Positions 44,759 through 56,029 are shown, counted from the stretch's first letter. The stretch: DNA of 64,000 bases from an uncultured Verrucomicrobiae bacterium (GCA_963782115.1 CAWAIK010000001.1:544001-608000), one strand, 5' to 3'. Notes: generated by a model from the sequence alone, not told the origin. Program-made: numbers and translations.

Positions 44759-45855
44759 TTAATTATTGCGAAAGTGCTAGCGTTATAACGTTAGGTTATG
44801 TTAGTCAGGAGCATGGATGTAGGAAAGGCAGCAGCTAAGTATGAGAAACGCAAGGATGCAGTAGAGGCTGTCATGCGAGGTGAACCAGTAAGTGTGGTAG
44901 CCAGAGTATATGCAGTGCCACAGCGAACTATCTTTGGTTGGCTTGCCAGATACCGTGCTGGAGGCTGGCACGCCTTAGAAGAGGGTCGACGCAGTGGGCG
45001 ACCTAGAAAGGTTAGTGCCGAAACAATGCAGTGGCTCTATGAGGCTATCACATTGGGAGATCCAAGGCAGTTTCAGTTGGTTTTCTGTCTGTGGACGCTC
45101 AACATCGTTCGAACAGTGTTGAAGAAAGAGAAGGGAGTGGAATTGAGTAAAAGTGCGGTTTGTCGCCTTCTGCAGTACATGGGCTTGACCCCGCAGCGGC
45201 CAATCTATCGTTCCTATAAGCAGGATCCGCAGGAATTGGAGCGTTACCTCAATAAGACCTTTCCAGAGTTGCGGGCTCTGGCGCAGCGCACGGGGGCGGA
45301 GATTTACTTCGTCGATGAATCGGCGGTGCGCAGTGATCACCATCGTGGGAGGACCTGGGCACCTATCGGACAGACGCCGGTGGTCGAAGACAGCGGAGAT
45401 CGTTTCACCCTGAAACTGATCTCCGCAGTCAGTCCCCGTGGAGACATGCGCTTTAGCGTTATCCAAGACAAGATGAACTCTGGCAAGTTCATTGCCTTCG
45501 TGAAGAAGTTGCTGGCCGATGCCGGTTGTCCCATCATCGTCATTGCCGATAACGCTGCCTATCACACCTCTGGGACGGTCCAGGCTTTTGCCGAAAAGAG
45601 CCAGGGAGCAGTCACGCTGGCTTATCTTCCGCGCTATGCCCCGGAATTCAATCCAGATGAACAGGTCTGGAATCATGCTAAAGGGCGACTGGCAAAGTTA
45701 TTCATCGACAGCAAAGCAACTCTGAAAAGCAGCATGCTTGCCATCTTACGCTCGATCCAAAAGCAGAGTGATCTCATCCGCTCGTTCTTCCAGATGGAAT
45801 TCACTTCCTACGTTCTGGGATAGGCACTAACTGCTCACACTTACGCAACGATTCA
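44759..45855 (+). mobile_element. IS630-family insertion sequence, 1097 bp, apparently complete
   Basis: TA duplication (44757-44758, 45856-45857); imperfect IRs TTAATTATTGCGAAAGTG vs TGAATCGTTGCGTAAGTG (14/18). Confidence 0.9.
44798..45823 (+). CDS. IS630-family transposase
   Basis: SGRPRK, YFVDES, IADNAAYH, LPRYAPEFNPDEQVW. Confidence 0.93.
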   Translation: MLVRSMDVGKAAAKYEKRKDAVEAVMRGEPVSVVARVYAVPQRTIFGWLARYRAGGWHALEEGRRSGRPRKVSAETMQWLYEAITLGDPRQFQLVFCLWTLNIVRTVLKKEKGVELSKSAVCRLLQYMGLTPQRPIYRSYKQDPQELERYLNKTFPELRALAQRTGAEIYFVDESAVRSDHHRGRTWAPIGQTPVVEDSGDRFTLKLISAVSPRGDMRFSVIQDKMNSGKFIAFVKKLLADAGCPIIVIADNAAYHTSGTVQAFAEKSQGAVTLAYLPRYAPEFNPDEQVWNHAKGRLAKLFIDSKATLKSSMLAILRSIQKQSDLIRSFFQMEFTSYVLG

Positions 45856-46154
45856 TAGCCCTGCACGTCTCTCGCTCGCATGGCTCTTGGCAAAACCTGT
45901 AGTAACCTCGGTCATCATTGGCGCGAAACGCCTCGACCAGCTTCAGGACAATCTCGCGGCGATCGAACTCACACTCACCCCAGACGAGCTTAGGCAATTA
46001 GATGAGGTCAGCGCTCTTGCCCCCGAGTATCCAGGGTGGGTGCTGCCGTTCCAGGGAGCCGTCTGGGGCCAAGTGATCGCTGGGAGCGTTTACGCGAGGC
46101 GAGCAAGCCGCATTGATCCACAGTGTGAGCATACGCTCATCTTTTTGTTGACAC

Positions 46155-46174
46155 ATATGAGGTTCTCCTCATAT
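46155..46174. promoter_or_regulatory. Orphan operator-like palindrome next to TTGACA
   Basis: ATATGAGG-TTCT-CCTCATAT; TTGACA at 46148-46153. Confidence 0.45.
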
Positions 46175-46408
46175 TATTGTTACCGTGATAATAACGATCG
46201 TCCGAGATGGTTGTCGAAGCGGTAGTGTGGAAACCACGGAATCGAAGGGAGCTGAGTGGGATTGCCATCTGGACGAATGAATCGCCGGATCGATCGATTA
46301 GCAGATCGCTAGCCCGCCGTCTCGCGGCAAGGAGGTGCGCAGATCGTTAGTCATGGAGCAAAAAGCAATAGCAACAAAGTCTCGGCGATAATACGAGTAA
46401 GCGCTTAA

Positions 46409-47062
46409 ATGCAACGTGCCTCTGGTCATCTCCTACGCAAACGGCTCATCTCTTCTTGCGCCGATAAGACACGCCAACGACTCTTTGATGCTGCGACTGA
46501 AACCTTGAACAGCCGCGGCATTCAAGGAGCCACCACGCGTGAGATCGCTCGACGAGCCGGGGTTCACGAAGTCACCCTTTTCCGCCATTTCAAAAGCAAA
46601 GGGCAGCTTCTCCGTGCCATTATAAAGCGCGGCCTGGCCACGAAAGCCACAGTAATGGACGAAAATTCCTCAAGGAAGGAGAACCTGCGGGAGAGCATGG
46701 AGGAATATGGGCGTCACTACTATTCCCATTTGGAAAAAAACAAAGGCTTCGCGGGCGCGTTGCTGGCGGGTCACCTATTGCCAAAGTCGATGCAAGTACT
46801 GATCGCCGATGTGATCTGCCCGGTGCGCGAACGGCTGATCTTTATCCTCGCTGATGCTCAGAAGGGGGGCGTGGTTCGAAGTGACGTACACGTCGAAACC
46901 GCACTCGATGCCTTTAACGATGCACTCTACGCGGGGATGCTGCTACAGGGCGCATACGTCCCGAAAAATTACTCCACTGATGCCTATATATCGACCGTCG
47001 TCGAAATCTTTGTGCGTGGAATGAAAGCAGCCAACAACGGTGATTTCAGGACCGTAGAATGA
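46409..47062 (+). CDS. TetR/AcrR regulator
   Basis: ATTREIARRAGVHEVTLFRHFKSK. Confidence 0.88.
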   Translation: MQRASGHLLRKRLISSCADKTRQRLFDAATETLNSRGIQGATTREIARRAGVHEVTLFRHFKSKGQLLRAIIKRGLATKATVMDENSSRKENLRESMEEYGRHYYSHLEKNKGFAGALLAGHLLPKSMQVLIADVICPVRERLIFILADAQKGGVVRSDVHVETALDAFNDALYAGMLLQGAYVPKNYSTDAYISTVVEIFVRGMKAANNGDFRTVE

Positions 47063-47823
47063 CGGAACAAATCGAAGTAGAACGAACCAAGATCCGTACT
47101 CCGGTGCCCGATTCTAGGAGAGCGGGTAGGTCGGAAAGAGAGCATACCCCTCATTCAGCGAAGCGCGTTATAACGACGGTTATCGTCGCATTGGCATTTG
47201 TTTTTGCGGTGATCGTCGGCCTGGTCTACATGATCAATTCTGCGGCCTACCAATCCACGGATGACACCTTTATTGACGGCCATATTGTTCCGGTTTCGGC
47301 GCAGGTTGCAGGGCGGGTTGAGTCTGTTTACGTCGATGACAATCAGAGTATCAGCAAGGCTCTTTTGGTCTTAGAATTGGATCCACGCGATTTCGATGCG
47401 GTGGTTCGCCAGAAAACCGCTGCTCTGGCTAGCTCTCAAGCGCAGGCCGGCGCCACTCAAGCCGCGCTTCAAGAGGCGATCGCTCACATCAAGACAGAGC
47501 AAGCAACCGTCCAGTCTGACCAGGCAACTGCCGCCGCGGATGCTGCTCAGAATGATAAAGCTCAGAGCGACTTGGAGCGTAACGAAGAGCTCTTCAAGAC
47601 GAAGGTGGTCTCAGCCCAGGATGTCGATCAGTTCCAGGCCACAGCCAAATCCGCTCAGGCGACGTTGAATGCCGCAGAAAAGAAGGTACTAAGTGACGAA
47701 GCGTTGGTAAGCGAAGCGCGGGCCCAGGCGGATTCCTTCGCAGGGTTGCTACAAACCGTCAATGCTCAGATCCGTGAGTCGGACGCTAATACTCGTTGTA
47801 CTGTTAACAAAGACGAGAGGTGA
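47059..47823 (+). pseudogene. EmrA/HlyD-family adaptor, C-terminally truncated
   Basis: TM anchor, STDDTFIDG, SAQVAGRV, coiled coil; ends before the second lipoyl half; no EmrB follows. Confidence 0.85.
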
Positions 47824-48077
47824 CTCACATTTATGTAACCGTGGCAATAACGCTTCCCAGAGATGATTGCTGAAGCGAATACCTTTCACAGAAGCCATTC
47901 GGCTTAACTGAAGAGAAAGAAGTTTAATGACATGGATAGATTCGAATGCGCAAAAAGCTTATCGACATTACTGATAGTCTTCGCATAACTCCCGCGCAAC
48001 GACTCCACTGATGCCTATATACTTACTGTGGTCGATATCTTTCAGCGTAAAATCGCACCAGCCAGAAGCAAACAATT

Positions 48078-48437
48078 ATGAAATTAAATGAACGGTACGA
48101 CTTTGTTCCCGCATTCGTCGGCACGTTCGGCGCGATATCTATCGGTCGCACATTTGGGCCGAATGGCGCGCAGACGGCCTTCGATGCCGCGCGGCCTCCG
48201 GCTCAAACCCCAATCACAATCTCCGTCTGGAGCTTTGGCGATACGCCAAAAGCTTTGCAAGTTTTGGCAGCTCATTTGGCTGCCCCGCCAACCCCTCGAT
48301 CCCTCGTGGCTTTGGTTCCAGCTGTAACCAGTGTCGGTGACGCATTGCGATTGCTGGATTTGCCAGACGAGGATAACGGCTGGATTCAGATTACGATGTT
48401 ACCGGGCGGCGGCCACGTCATTTTCGCGGAGCGCTAA
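48078..48437 (+). CDS. Hypothetical protein
   Basis: 119-aa ATG ORF with protein-like composition; no family recognised. Confidence 0.4.
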   Translation: MKLNERYDFVPAFVGTFGAISIGRTFGPNGAQTAFDAARPPAQTPITISVWSFGDTPKALQVLAAHLAAPPTPRSLVALVPAVTSVGDALRLLDLPDEDNGWIQITMLPGGGHVIFAER

Positions 48438-48794
48438 TCGCATCGTAAACCTTGCGCACTCGACCGCGATTGAATGAAAACGCCCCTTTTTGAGCCGCGC
48501 GAAATGGTTCGCTTCCGGGCTCTTTTGTTCTGAAAATAGTCCCGCGGCAGATGACAAAGCGAATCGCGCATGGAAGCGTTTATGCTTTGCAGTCTCTGCG
48601 TAATTCTCCTTGCGACCGCAGCGCGGCGGTAGGTTTCTGAAAGGCTCGACCAAATGCCAATGCTCGTCCTCTGGCTCAGGATACTGTCGGAAAAAGATGT
48701 TTGCTCCTTTAAATGCGCTTCTCTTGAAAAATAGTGGTCAACGGAGAAAACGACGTTATAAATATGAGTATTAGCTTACGTTGTCCAACATGAC

Positions 48795-49412
48795 ATGAAT
48801 ATGGAGTCACAAACTGAGCTTGCGCCCAGACGGATTCCGATGCAAGAGCGGGGAGAAAAACGGGTGGCGGGGTTGCTGCAAGCGGCCGCTGCGATCTTCG
48901 CCGAGGTGGGATTTGAGGCGGCGACGATGCGCGATATCGCGGAGCGTGCCGGTGGGTCGATCGGATCGCTCTACCAGTTCTTCCCCAGCAAAGACGTCGT
49001 CGCACGGGAACTCAAGACTCAATATTGCCAAGAGCTGAAGGGGCTCTGGGCCAGCTTGGTCGCCGTGAGCGCAAAGACAACGACGAGTCGTCTCGTGGAT
49101 CAGTTTCTCAATGTGACAATAAGGGCCATCGAGGAGCATCCTGCCATCATCCGGCTCATGGACGCGCCGCGCTCGACCAATCCCGCAGCCGATATCAAGG
49201 AGTCGCTCCGACAACAGCTCGTAGAATTGTTTCTTACGCGGAAGCCACGGATACCCCCGATCAAGGCGCATCGCTATGCGGAAATTACCGTCCAGATGGT
49301 GAGGGCGTTGTTCTGGCTCTACGTAGAGACCGAACCTCCCGAGCGAGAAGCGCTCGTCGCCGAGATGAAGTCTGCGCTGGTAAACTATCTGTCGCCACGC
49401 TTGGCACAATGA
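48795..49412 (+). CDS. TetR/AcrR regulator
   Basis: PMQERG, TMRDIAERAGGSIGSLYQFFPSKD. Confidence 0.92.
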   Translation: MNMESQTELAPRRIPMQERGEKRVAGLLQAAAAIFAEVGFEAATMRDIAERAGGSIGSLYQFFPSKDVVARELKTQYCQELKGLWASLVAVSAKTTTSRLVDQFLNVTIRAIEEHPAIIRLMDAPRSTNPAADIKESLRQQLVELFLTRKPRIPPIKAHRYAEITVQMVRALFWLYVETEPPEREALVAEMKSALVNYLSPRLAQ

Positions 49413-49425
49413 TCCGCTTGGTTGA

Positions 49426-49515
49426 ATGATCCGATTAGAATGGAAGGAAGTAAATTTCAACATCGGGTTTGTCGAGGTTATGAGACGCAAGGCCAAGAGC
49501 AGAAGTCACCGATCG
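49426..49515 (+). pseudogene. Tyrosine recombinase catalytic-domain scrap
   Basis: RLEWKEVNFNIGFVEV..KAKSRSHR. Confidence 0.5.
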
Positions 49516-49889
49516 AACAAATGCACCCCAACGTGTTGCCGTGGCTGGTCGTTCCGATGGCGGTGGTGGCGTGAGATGGGGAGGGTGAGCGACATGCCTG
49601 AAGATGCGCCGAAGTTCACGCGCAAGGATGATTACGATCCGGATTCAAAACGCCTGACTGCCGACACTGATGCACCTCAGGTATCTGGAGGATGTTCGGC
49701 TTGGGGCCGTTGTGCAGATGCGGTTTCAGTTTGAGGCACTTCTGGAACACCTCGAGTCTCTACGCAGGTCGCTGGGATGAGCCGGTCTGAGACGTCACCA
49801 GATTTGTGGGGACGTATCAAAATCAGCTACCGCCATCGGATTATGTGCCTGAGAACGTCCAGGTGACCGGTGCGGCCCCGAACGCTAGC

Positions 49890-50128
49890 TAGAGGAAGAT
49901 CGTCGGCGAACGGGGCCTCGAGCATCCGGCGAACATGATCGACGGATATCGTTTCAACTTCCTTGTTGGGGCGCCTGGAGAAATCCAGCCTACTAATCGG
50001 ATTTTCGAGAAGGTACCCTCGCTTTATCCCGAAATTGAAGAAGGCTCGCAAGTGACGCATCACAAGGTTGCGTCCGCCGGACGATATGGGCGCAAGTACC
50101 GGCTCGAGATCGCGGTGCGTGATATCTG
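49890..50128 (-). pseudogene. Tyrosine integrase core-binding domain fragment
   Basis: RNLVMRHLRAFFNFGIKRGYLLENPI..EVETISVDHVRRML. Confidence 0.75.
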
Positions 50129-50169
50129 AGACCAAGCGTGTGTGCAGGCTGGGGAACCTATCCCGAGAA

Positions 50170-50430
50170 TTCTCAAATATTGTGGCCTGGGAACCGCCTT
50201 ATCGATTTATCGACGACCAGATCAGGGGTCCTTTTCAGCAGTGGCATCACGAGCACATTTTCGAATCGCAGGATAACGGAACCCTCTGCCGAGACCGGGT
50301 CCATTATGCGGTTCTTGGCGGGCCTCTGGTAGATCGTTTGTTCGTGCGGCGAGATGGGGAAAAGATATTTAAGTTTCGCCGGCAAAAACTGTTGGAGCTA
50401 TTTGACAAAAATGCTGTCTCGCCTCGATAA
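50170..50430 (+). pseudogene. SRPBCC-family C-terminal fragment
   Basis: WEPPYRFIDDQIRGPFQQWHHEHIF, DRVHY, IFKFRRQKL. Confidence 0.8.
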
Positions 50431-50482
50431 ACGGATCTGTTGTAGATCATCCCTCACGCAGCAAGCACGTTTATAACATATC

Positions 50483-51418
50483 TGGATGCTTTGGCAGACC
50501 GCAACGGATCGGGCCGAGGAGTTAGGAAGCTGCTTAACGCTCTGCCGCTTGGAGAACCGGGCTGGGCGAAAGGAAGCATGGTTGATCCATCAAGTGTTGT
50601 TTGCACAGTTCGTGAAGAGTTTTCCTGCCCCACCCAAAGAACTCATCCTGGATTTTGATTCCACCGATGACCGGGTGCACGGCAGGCAGGTGGGCCGAAC
50701 CTTCCATGGCTACTACTACGATTATTGCTTCTTGCCGCTCTACGTCTTTTGTGGAGAACAGCTGCTGGTCAGCTACATTCGGCCCAGTAACATCGATCCA
50801 GCCATACACGCATGGGCGATCTTAGCCAAGTTAGTCAGTGCGCTCAGAGAACGCTGGCCTGAAGTCAAAATTATCCTGCGTGCCGATAGCGGGTTCTCTC
50901 GGTGGAAAATGTTACGTTGGTGCGAAGCCCACCAAGTCGACTACATCGTCGGCATCGGCAAGAATGAACGGCTCAAGGCCCTGAGCGCCAAGTTGGGAGA
51001 GCGCGCCGAACGTAAACAGGCAAAAAGCGGCGAGAAAGTCCGCCTCTTTAAACGCTTCAAGTATCGGGCCGGCAGTTGGGATAAGAAGCGATGGATTATC
51101 GCTAAAGCCGAGCACACGGCCCAAGGAGCCAACCCGCGCTTTGTGGTCACCAATCTGATCGGGAGCGCCCAAATGATCTACGATCAGCTCTACTGTGCTC
51201 GAGGTGAGATGGAAAACCGCATTAAGGAACAACAGCTCGGACTCTTTAGCGATCGCACCAGCTGTCATTACTGGTGGCCCAACCAGTTCCGGCTGCTGCT
51301 CTCCAGTTGCGCCTACTTGTTAATGGAAGCGTTGCGTCGGCTTGGCCTCAAATCCACGGACTTAGCTCGCGCTCAGGTGGGCACCATCCGGCTCAAGTTG
51401 CTTAAGGTCGGTACGGTG
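50483..51418 (+). mobile_element. IS1380-family transposase relic, both ends lost
   Basis: LDFDSTDDRVHG, FLPLYVFCG, RADSGF, YCARGEMENRIKEQQ, TIRLKLLKVG. Confidence 0.88.
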
Positions 51419-51730
51419 CACTTTTTTCGTCGACACAGAACACTGCGGCGTTGAGCGGCGGCTTGAGGTACAAGCCGATGACATCGGCGGCCTTCTCTTC
51501 GAATTCCGGGTCGGTATTAGCCATATAGCGGCGCAGTCGATGGGGTTGGATCCCGGCCCGAGCCCACACCCGAGCCACCCGGCTGTGGGAAACGCCCAGA
51601 TGCGCAGCCAGCTTTCGGGTGCTCCAATGAGTCGAGCCATCGGGTGGCGCTTGCTTAGTCGCCTTCAGAATCCTGGCCCACAAAGTCCTGGCTACAAGCA
51701 CAATAGCTCGATAAGACTGTCCGGCCGCCA
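51416..51730 (-). mobile_element. IS630-family transposase N-terminal relic
   Basis: THWSTRKLA, QPHRL, DPEFEEKAADVIGLYLKPP, CVDEK. Confidence 0.85.
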
Positions 51731-51815
51731 GCCGAAGAATGACCTTCGCACGACGGTACGTCGCTTTGATCCCTCGAGATTCGGGGTTGATCGCATGGTG
51801 CGCCTGCCGGACACC

Positions 51816-52982
51816 TCATACGAGATGAAAGGCAATTGAGCGGTTCGCCAATTCATATGCCAAATCGCTGCCTGATCGGACAGGTCTATCGAACGCCGTC
51901 GTGACGCTATTACCGCAAACATCTTCGAGACTCGACGCAACACGAACGTGGTAGGACCCTGGGGCCCAAGGTAATGTCGGTGTAAAGCTCCATCGTCTTT
52001 CGCACTGATCGATGACGATCCGGCCGTCTATCGTCAGCTCAGCTGTCGATTCGATAATGATGGTCCGCGAAAGCAGTGCCCAATCTAACGGTCTTGGAAA
52101 TATAAGTACGAGCGGCTCAAGGCTCTCTGTGACGGGAGGCACGATCTTCCACTGCTCAAGCGGAGCGGGTTCCCGGACGGCCTCTGTGACGCGGAAGCGC
52201 TTGTAGAAGTTTTCCCGTAACGGACGACCGGATAAGTCAACCATCCCTGAACTGACTGCGAGCGTGTACTCCTGACCCGCCTTTAGCGGTGGGCCCAGTT
52301 CGACGTTAGGGCCTACCCCGCGTTTAAGCCTGCCAGGATCGAGAAGAATGGTCAAGTGCTGCATGGTTCTGTCCCAGAGTTCGACGGGTGCACGATAGAG
52401 TACGTCAGGCGCTGGCCGTCCATCGGGGCCGAGAAGCGCGATCTGTTCCGCTAATCGACCACGCTGCATCGAATTGGAAAAGCATACATAAAAGCGAAGT
52501 AGGTTTTCGGGCAGGGAGTCGCTTGTGGGGAAGATATGCTTGACTACCGTGGGCACGGCGCTCCGCTCTCTCGGGAGCGAGAACTCAAGCGTCAGAACTT
52601 CACAGAGTTCGGGACGAGCGAGCATCCGTGGGTCGAAGCTTACACGATAGTGGACTCCCCGTTCGAATGGAAAGTGCGGGATGTACCGAACCCCGTCTTC
52701 CAGAACTTGATAGCGGCCAAAAACGTCCGGAAGATCACCTCCCGGCGACCCTGGTTGGACGACGGTCACTCGGAATATGGACTTCAGTAGATCACTCCCT
52801 TGCGTGCATCTTCGAAGAGAAACGATCAAATCTGGATCAAGGTTGCAAACACGAATGCCCCCCGACCCGGACTTACACGTATCGGAGTCGACCATCAGCT
52901 TTGGTGGGCTAGTCATCCGGGTGTTCACGAAGTATTTTCTGCCTATGCGGCTAGACGTGTAACATACGAACTGACCGCGCAA
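51816..52982 (-). CDS. Hypothetical protein, possibly with Ig-like domains; start uncertain
   Basis: Long ORF with PENLLRFYVCFSNSM, LDPGRLKRG, WSFTPTLPW, LEDVCGN. Confidence 0.7.
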   Translation of the reverse strand: MRGQFVCYTSSRIGRKYFVNTRMTSPPKLMVDSDTCKSGSGGIRVCNLDPDLIVSLRRCTQGSDLLKSIFRVTVVQPGSPGGDLPDVFGRYQVLEDGVRYIPHFPFERGVHYRVSFDPRMLARPELCEVLTLEFSLPRERSAVPTVVKHIFPTSDSLPENLLRFYVCFSNSMQRGRLAEQIALLGPDGRPAPDVLYRAPVELWDRTMQHLTILLDPGRLKRGVGPNVELGPPLKAGQEYTLAVSSGMVDLSGRPLRENFYKRFRVTEAVREPAPLEQWKIVPPVTESLEPLVLIFPRPLDWALLSRTIIIESTAELTIDGRIVIDQCERRWSFTPTLPWAPGSYHVRVASSLEDVCGNSVTTAFDRPVRSGSDLAYELANRSIAFHLV

Positions 52983-53203
52983 CAGCAGTCACTCGCGGTT
53001 CTGTCCAAGTACAACGCCGCGCTGAATAGCTCTGTGATGCTTTCCGCTACGGACGCGGAGGCACTGAACTTTTCAGATGGTGGCGCGATAGGTCGGAGTG
53101 GAAAGAAAGAACAATTTACAGCCGGCCGCAGCTGCCCGCGAGAGCCAGAGAACTGCATTGCGATTTTTTAGCTGCCGCCGAAAGCATCGAAGCCTAAGCC
53201 CAA

Positions 53204-54545
53204 TCAGGCGACCGGAATACTTTCGCGGACCAAAGCCTCATCGACGGCGACAGAAAGGTCGCTTCGCACCAGGACCCAGTTTCCGTATTGCTCCGTCCAA
53301 GCGCGAAGGTTAAAGCTCACCGCAGCAGAGGCGAAGTTAACAACATACGCTTGGGGCGCCGGTTCTTTTGTGACGCCCGGCTGATTGGCGGCCACACGCT
53401 TCAATACATCGATCACATGTTGCGGAGCCGCGCCTCGAGCCACGGTGACAAACACTTCGATAGCCCGGTAACTATCCGACAGGGTCCAGTTGGTTACCTT
53501 ATTGGAGATGATCGTTCCGTTTGGCACAATGACTTCGGAGCCGTCCGTCGTTCGCATTACGCATGCCCGGATACCAATGCGTCGGACTTCTTCAATGTCC
53601 GCGTCGATTTGGATGATGTCACCGACCTTGATCGGACGCTCGAAAAGCAATATCAATCCGCAAACGAAGTTATTGATGACGGTCTGTAGCCCGAATCCGA
53701 CTCCGACGGTAAATGCTCCTGCCAGAATCGTAACCTTTGAAAGGTCAACACCCAGCACCGCTAACCCGACGAAAAATCCAAAGAGCAGGATTGCGTAGTG
53801 AACCATTGTTGAAATCGCTTGCGGAACGCCCCGGGCGAGATGCCAATGGTAGTAGATATCTTCGTCCAGAAGAAAACGGAGGAAGCGCGATGCGGCGAAA
53901 GCAGCCCAGACCGTTGCCACAAAGACGAGTACCTGTTGCAAGGAAATGCTTAACGAGCCTATTGCTAGGTTCGCTCGGAGTACTTCTTCAGTGCCTGTAA
54001 CCAATGGCGTTCGCAGCCCGAAAAAGTTCAGCATAAGACTCGCCCAGTACACGAAGGCCAGGAATTAAGCAACGCCACGGATGCGCCGCTGAAGCATCGG
54101 CCGGTTGAGCCGAACGACGCGCACTAAACAGAGAGGACGCATCCCAAGCGATATAATGATTAGCCCTTCGACAATCCGCAGCGCGGCATACACAGCCGCA
54201 CCGACGTATGCGCTCCTAATCACGCCGCCCACAAGTAAATTCGCGAAGTTGACGTATCCAAAAACGTTTGCAAGGAGAGTTACAGGGAAAACGACCAGTC
54301 CGATTTGTATAGCAAGTTGGATAGCTCGCGCGAAAAGCTTCGTTGTATTGACACTAACGACACCAACGATCGGTGAATGCTTGCTCCAAATCAGCCAGAT
54401 CAGAAACAGAGTTTCTCCTAACATCTCTGCGCCGAAGACTAACCGGCCCAGTAGTGGTAGAAGGGCAGTGATCAATCGCAATTGATCAACAAAGTACAAG
54501 ATGATGAGGGCGTTGAGCATCGGAAATAGTGCTCGACCGAACGAT
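53204..54545 (-). pseudogene. MscS/MscK-like channel, copy B, N-truncated with a nonsense codon
   Basis: GVGFGLQTVINNFVCGLILLFERPIKVGD; in-frame TAA at 54065-54067. Confidence 0.88.
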
Positions 54546-54761
54546 GAAAGCAGGAGAAGGTACGGCGCGCTGTCTTTAGCGCTATCCTTCGCAGGTCATT
54601 TCGGAAGCTGTGCGGCGTACGCACTCCGGGTCCCGTCCGGTCCCCCATCCGAGCTGGTCGAGCGCCGCGCCGATGCCTCGCGAGCCGCCTGTAACAAAGG
54701 CCACCTTGCCTCTTAATTTAAGATTCTTAATGATGATGATTCTTCATCGGGAAGCCTAACA

Positions 54762-55154
54762 TTACTGGGACTCAGTTGGATTGGCGGTGGCAAATAGATA
54801 GCGGTGAATTTTCCAGTGGCCCTGTTCCTTGCGGAATATGAACAATTCGTTATTCGCTTCGTCCGATACTTTATGGCTGGCAAGCAACTCCTGTGTTCCG
54901 GCTGAAGTCGTCCGCCCATAGGCCAAATCGACGCCCATGTCCACGATCTCGTGAATAGTGAAGATCACGTTCAGTTTGAGCACTTCGAAAAAATGATTGT
55001 AGATCTTATGCACGTCCTCACGACCAATGAAGGCCGGCGCACCTTGAGGCATAACGATAGGATCGCTGCCATATAAGGCTAAGGTCGCCTTCGCGTCACT
55101 GGTGTTGAGTGCCTTTTCGTAGGATTTGAGTAGGTTTGTTATTTCTTGGTTCAT
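54762..55154 (-). CDS. NTF2-like (SnoaL/DUF4440) protein
   Basis: YEKALN, NNELFIFRK, WKIHRYLF. Confidence 0.82.
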   Translation of the reverse strand: MNQEITNLLKSYEKALNTSDAKATLALYGSDPIVMPQGAPAFIGREDVHKIYNHFFEVLKLNVIFTIHEIVDMGVDLAYGRTTSAGTQELLASHKVSDEANNELFIFRKEQGHWKIHRYLFATANPTESQ

Positions 55155-55227
55155 GTCTTTTGCAGGTCTGGTTTTGGAACAGGTGAGGTGAACGGCATCG
55201 AGCACACCGAGCGTATCGGATCAGACG

Positions 55228-55866
55228 TTAGACCAATTCCTCTGCTTCCTTGGCTGATACCAATTTTCCGAGCTTACCGAATTCGTGAAGGTCGCCGAAG
55301 ACTTCAATGCGGATAGACTGGTCGATCCCGCCTGCCAAGACGGCTGAAAAACCGCTGGCCGTAATGAGCCGCGCAATGACTCTGCCCGCCTCCGGATAAT
55401 CAGTCGCATAGAACAGCGTCCCACGATCCGGCGAACGGTTGGCACCGGATGCCAGAGTCGGAGCGACCAGCGTACCGAACGCCTTCACCAATTCTGCCCC
55501 TTCCGGGAGAAGCGCGGCAATCAACTCGCCGGCCGATTGATCTGACGGGATCGTCTTCTTGAACCCGCCGTTGCCATCCGGCGCGATCGGGTTCGAAGGG
55601 TCGACAACAATCTTCCCGGCCAAGGAGGCGCGATAGGTCGCGAGGAGGTTCTTGATCGCATCGAAGTAGATGGCGAGGATAACGACATCCGCTTCGCCGA
55701 TTGCCTCAGCGACCGGCAGGGCTTTGGCTTTGCCGCCCAATTCCGTCGCAAGCTTCTCCGCCTTCGCCAGAGTCCGATCGGCGACGATGATGTTTTCTCC
55801 GCCGGTGGTAAGGTGTTTTGCTAATGGGGAACCAATGTTCCCCAGGCCGATGATCGCGGTTTTCAT
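55228..55866 (-). CDS. NADPH-dependent F420 reductase-like dinucleotide-binding enzyme
   Basis: IIGLGNIG, VVDPSNP, LVKAFGT. Confidence 0.88.
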   Translation of the reverse strand: MKTAIIGLGNIGSPLAKHLTTGGENIIVADRTLAKAEKLATELGGKAKALPVAEAIGEADVVILAIYFDAIKNLLATYRASLAGKIVVDPSNPIAPDGNGGFKKTIPSDQSAGELIAALLPEGAELVKAFGTLVAPTLASGANRSPDRGTLFYATDYPEAGRVIARLITASGFSAVLAGGIDQSIRIEVFGDLHEFGKLGKLVSAKEAEELV

Positions 55867-56029
55867 GATATGTATGTTGCGTTTGTGGGTTAAGGCGCTG
55901 ACCAGGATGGCTTCATGGATTGATGACTCCGGATTTTTTTACAGGCTGCTACTTTCGATTCTGGCGCCGCGGCAACTCAGCCTAGGGCAGACTCCGGCTC
56001 CGGATTTCTTGAGGGCGGCAGAGTCTCGT

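Larger units (their letters stand above)
44683..46060 (+). pseudogene. Aldo/keto reductase C-terminal fragment interrupted by IS630
   Basis: FPIVDKER..IAKVHGC, then IS, then SPARLSLAWLLAKPVVTSVIIGAKRLDQLQDNL. Confidence 0.82.
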
